From assembly GCA_963729605.1 (NCBI GenBank), contig CAVSNY010000004.1:287666-351665 (forward strand): a stretch of 64,000 nucleotides of DNA, written 5' to 3'. The position numbers and the translations under genes are program-made. The notes beneath the pieces are model-generated. The model was not told the DNA's origin, did no database searches, and saw only the letters and a program-made list of their open reading frames with translations. Shown here piece after piece: positions 60,924 to 64,000 of the stretch; the stretch's first letter is position 1; each line of letters starts with the position of its first letter. This DNA is from an uncultured Gammaproteobacteria bacterium (GTDB lineage: Bacteria > Pseudomonadota > Gammaproteobacteria > DRLM01).

Positions 60924-63686
60924 TCAAGTATGACCGAGGCGGCGGCTCAGCCGCGTGCGCCGGATGATCAATTTTTCGAGCTCCGCCACGCCGAACACCA
61001 GCAGACCGGCGCCAAGCACCTTGACCCACTCCACGGCCGACAAGGCCGCGGAACCGAAGATGCCCTGCATGACCGGCGCGTGGGTGTAGGCCAGTTGCAG
61101 CAGAATGCAGGCGGCGATGGCCAGCAGCACGTAGCGGTTGCCGGTCAACCCTTCGCGGTTGGCGACCGCGGCGAAGATGTAGCGGCTGTTCAGCAGATAG
61201 AACATCTCGGCGACCACGATGGCGTTGACCGCCATGGTGCGCGCGGTCTCGAGCTCGGTGCCACTTTGCAGCTCCCACAGGAACAGTCCGAGCGCGCCGG
61301 TCATCATCAGCACCGACACCATCGCCACCCGCCAGACGAAGAAGCCCGACAGCAGCGCGCTCGCCGGGCGGCCGGGGCGGCGCGATGCATGATGTCCGGC
61401 TCGGCCGGTTCAAAGGCCAGCGCCAGGCCCAGCGTGCTGGAGGTGACCATGTTGATCCACAGCACCTGTGCCGGGGTCAGCGGCAGCGTCAGCTCGAACA
61501 GGATCGCGGCGATCACCACCAGCGCCTCGCCGCCGTTGGTCGGCAGCATGAACAGGATGAATTTCTTGATGTTGTCGTAGACCGCGCGCCCCTCGCGCAC
61601 CGCGCTGGCGATGGTGGCGAAGTTGTCGTCGGCGAGCACCATGTCGGCGGCTTCCTTGGCGGCCTCGGTGCCTTTCATGCCCATCGCCACGCCGACGTCG
61701 GCGCGCTTGAGCGCGGGGGCGTCGTTGACGCCGTCGCCGGTCATCGCCACCACCTGGCCGTCGTCCTGCAGCGCCTGCACCAGACGCAGCTTGTGCTCCG
61801 GGCTCGGCGCGCGCGAAGACGTCGACGCCCATCGCCACGCGGCGCAGCGCGGCGTCGTCCATCAGCGCGAGCTCGGCGCCGGTGAGCGCCGGCTTGCCGA
61901 CGCCGATGCCGAGCTGCGCACCGATGGCGCGCGCGGTCTCGGCGTGGTCGCCGGTGATCATCTTGACCCGGATGCCGGCGCGATGGCAGTCGCGCACGGC
62001 GGCGATCGGCCTCCTCGCGCGGCGGATCGACGATGCCGACCAGCGCGAGCAAGGTATAAGCCGTCCTCGACGTCGCCGAAGTCCAGACGGTCGCCGGCCG
62101 GGGCGGCTCGCTTGCAGGCTAGCGCGCAGCAGCGCGCAGGCCCTGGGCGGCGGTGTCGGTGGCCATGCGGCGCCAGTAGTCGACGTCGAGCGGATGTTCG
62201 CCGTGGCTGATTCATCTGCCGCCGCAGATGTCGAGCAGGCGTTCGGGCGCGCCCTTAACGAAGATCCAGCGCTTCACCGTCGGCGTCGCGATGGTAGGTC
62301 GCCATGAAACGGTGTTCGGACTCGAACGGGATGACATCAATCCGCGGCCACGCTGTGTCGGCGGTAGGCTGGGTGAAGCCGGCCTTGGCGCCGAGCACGA
62401 GCAGCGCGCCTTCGGTGGGGTCGCCTTCCACCCGCCATAGCTCCTCGTCCTCGCGCAGCGCGCGTCGTTGCACAGCACGCCGGCGCGGATCGCCAAAGCA
62501 AGCGCCGGATAACGCTCGATATCGATGATGCGCCCGTCGAGGCTGAAGTCGCCGATCGGGCGCATAGCCCACGCCGCCGACATCGATCGACATGGCCGGC
62601 GCAGACCACGCGCTGCACGGTCATTTCGTTGCGGGTCAGGGTGCCGGTCTTGTCGGTGCAGATCACCGTCACCGAACCCAGCGTCTCCACCGCCGGCAGG
62701 CGCCGGACGATCGCGTTGCGCCGCGCCATGCGCTGGACGCCGAGCGCGAGCGTGACCGTCATGATCGCCGGCAGCCCTTCGGGGATCGCCGAGGCCGCCA
62801 GCGCGACGACCATCATGAACATCTCGGCGGGCGCATGGCCGCGCCACAGGGTGCCCAGCATGAAGGTCGCGGCGGACAGGGCGATGATCACCAGCGCCAG
62901 CACGCGGCCGAAGCGGTCGATCTGGCGCAGCAGCGGGGTGGTCAAGTTCTGGATGCCGGCGCAGCATCTTGTTGATCTTGCCGAGCTCGGTGGCGGCGCC
63001 GGTGGCGGTCACGATACCGCTGGCCTGGCCATGAACGACCAGGGTGCCCGAATAGGCCATGCCGTAGCGGTCGCCCAGCGGCGCGTCGACCGCCGCCGCG
63101 TCGGTGATTTTTTCCACCGGCAAGGATTCGCCGGTCAGCGCGGCCTCTTCAACGCGCAGTTGTCTTCACCGCGATCAGGCGCAGATCGGCCGGCACGCGG
63201 TCGCCGGAGGCGAGCAACACTAGATCGCCCGGCACGAGCTCGGCGGCGTCGATCTCGCGCCGGCTGCCGTCGCGCAGCACCGTCGCATGCGGCGACAGCA
63301 TGGCGCGGATGGCGTCCAGCGCGGCTTCGGCCTTGCCTTCCTGAATGAAGCCGATGAGGACATTGATCACCACCGCCGCAAGCAGCACTCCGGTATCGAC
63401 CCAGTGGCCGAGAAAGGCCGTGATCATGCGCCGCGCCCAGCATCACGTAGAGCAGAATATTGTGGAACTGCATCAGCAGACGCAGCAGCGGGCCGCGGCG
63501 CTTGGGCGGCGCCAGCCGGTTAGGGCCGTATTGGACAAGGCGATGGCGGGCCTCGGTTTCCGCGAGGCCGCGCGGTCCCGTTTGCAGGCGTTGCTGGATA
63601 TCTTCCCGGGAGAGGGTATGCCAGTGTTCGGTCGGGACGGGTTCCGTGGAGTGGACGCTAGAGTGATCGATCATCGGGGGCCGCAA
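60924..63686 (-). pseudogene. cation-transporting P-type ATPase (type IIA-like), heavily frameshifted
   Basis: TGES, IPEGLP, DKTGTLT, GDPTE, KGAPE, MITGD and [10 protein letters not shown] scattered over many frames. Confidence 0.85.
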
Positions 63687-63752
63687 TCTCCGGGTTCGGT
63701 AGGTATGAAGATACTTGAAAACGGAATCGAGTCCCAGCCGTTCACGGACGTG

Positions 63753-63970
63753 GGTTATTACGGGTTCATCAGCGCCACCGCCGTCTATCCCGAAGGTGAT
63801 CGCCGGCGACGAGGTATATTACAACTACGACGAAGTGGGTGTCGGTTTCGCGGAGCATGTTTGGGAACGGGTCTTTTCCGTGCCGGAGGAGATCAAACCG
63901 GCGGTGAATGACCTGCCGGCGATCTGAAAAAGTCCGGTTGGTCGCCAAGACGCCAAGGGCGCCAAGGAAA
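63753..63970 (+). repeat. diverged direct copy of the Kef antiporter 3' end and downstream sequence (59679-59915)
   Basis: DEVYYNYDEVGVGFAEHVWERVFSVPEEIKPAVNDLPAI* versus DEVYYYYDEVGVGFAEHVWERVFSLPQEIKPAVNDLPAI*. Confidence 0.9.
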
Positions 63971-64000
63971 AACGGCCTTCACGAAAATTCCTGTCTTGGC

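Noticed and set aside
60924-63686. Programmed frameshifting or a split P-type ATPase
   Set aside because: Many scattered single-base indels while all catalytic motifs remain; typical of low-quality consensus sequence
1-64000. tRNA, rRNA or intact transposase/integrase genes
   Set aside because: None recognised in any intergenic interval

Overview
High-GC bacterial chromosomal window, probably a gammaproteobacterium (bamD/rluD/pgeF, truC, greB, uup, yqcC gene set). It is mostly housekeeping genes: aspS, nadA, rluD, pgeF, def, uup, cysK, truC, a DEAD-box helicase, phoX, tcdA, tatD, greB and tex. It also holds an AMP/thymidine phosphorylase-Prs-DUF1614 cluster and a TonB receptor-YfiR-hybrid kinase module. 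I recognised no rRNA, tRNA or cas genes. Main observations: (1) A compositionally distinct islet at about 12.9-18.2 kb, with a tyrosine-integrase remnant near its right end, encodes a membrane protein, a sterol-desaturase/fatty-acid-hydroxylase::GH3 amido-synthetase fusion and an enolase-superfamily enzyme. This may be an undescribed N-acyl-amino-acid/lipid pathway. (2) The enolase gene is broken by an exact 28-bp duplication enclosing a 33-bp unrelated insert, which is the geometry of a type I-E Cas1-Cas2 spacer integration. (3) An intergenic array of REP-like 29-bp palindromes has unique 31-32-bp spacers at a 60/61-bp period. (4) A BamD paralog with a C-terminal SPOR-like domain lies in tandem with bamD. 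(5) There is a two-copy MITE family and a duplicated Kef-antiporter 3' end bracketing a USP/P-type ATPase cassette. Several single-base frameshifts, dense after 59 kb, look like sequencing or assembly errors.
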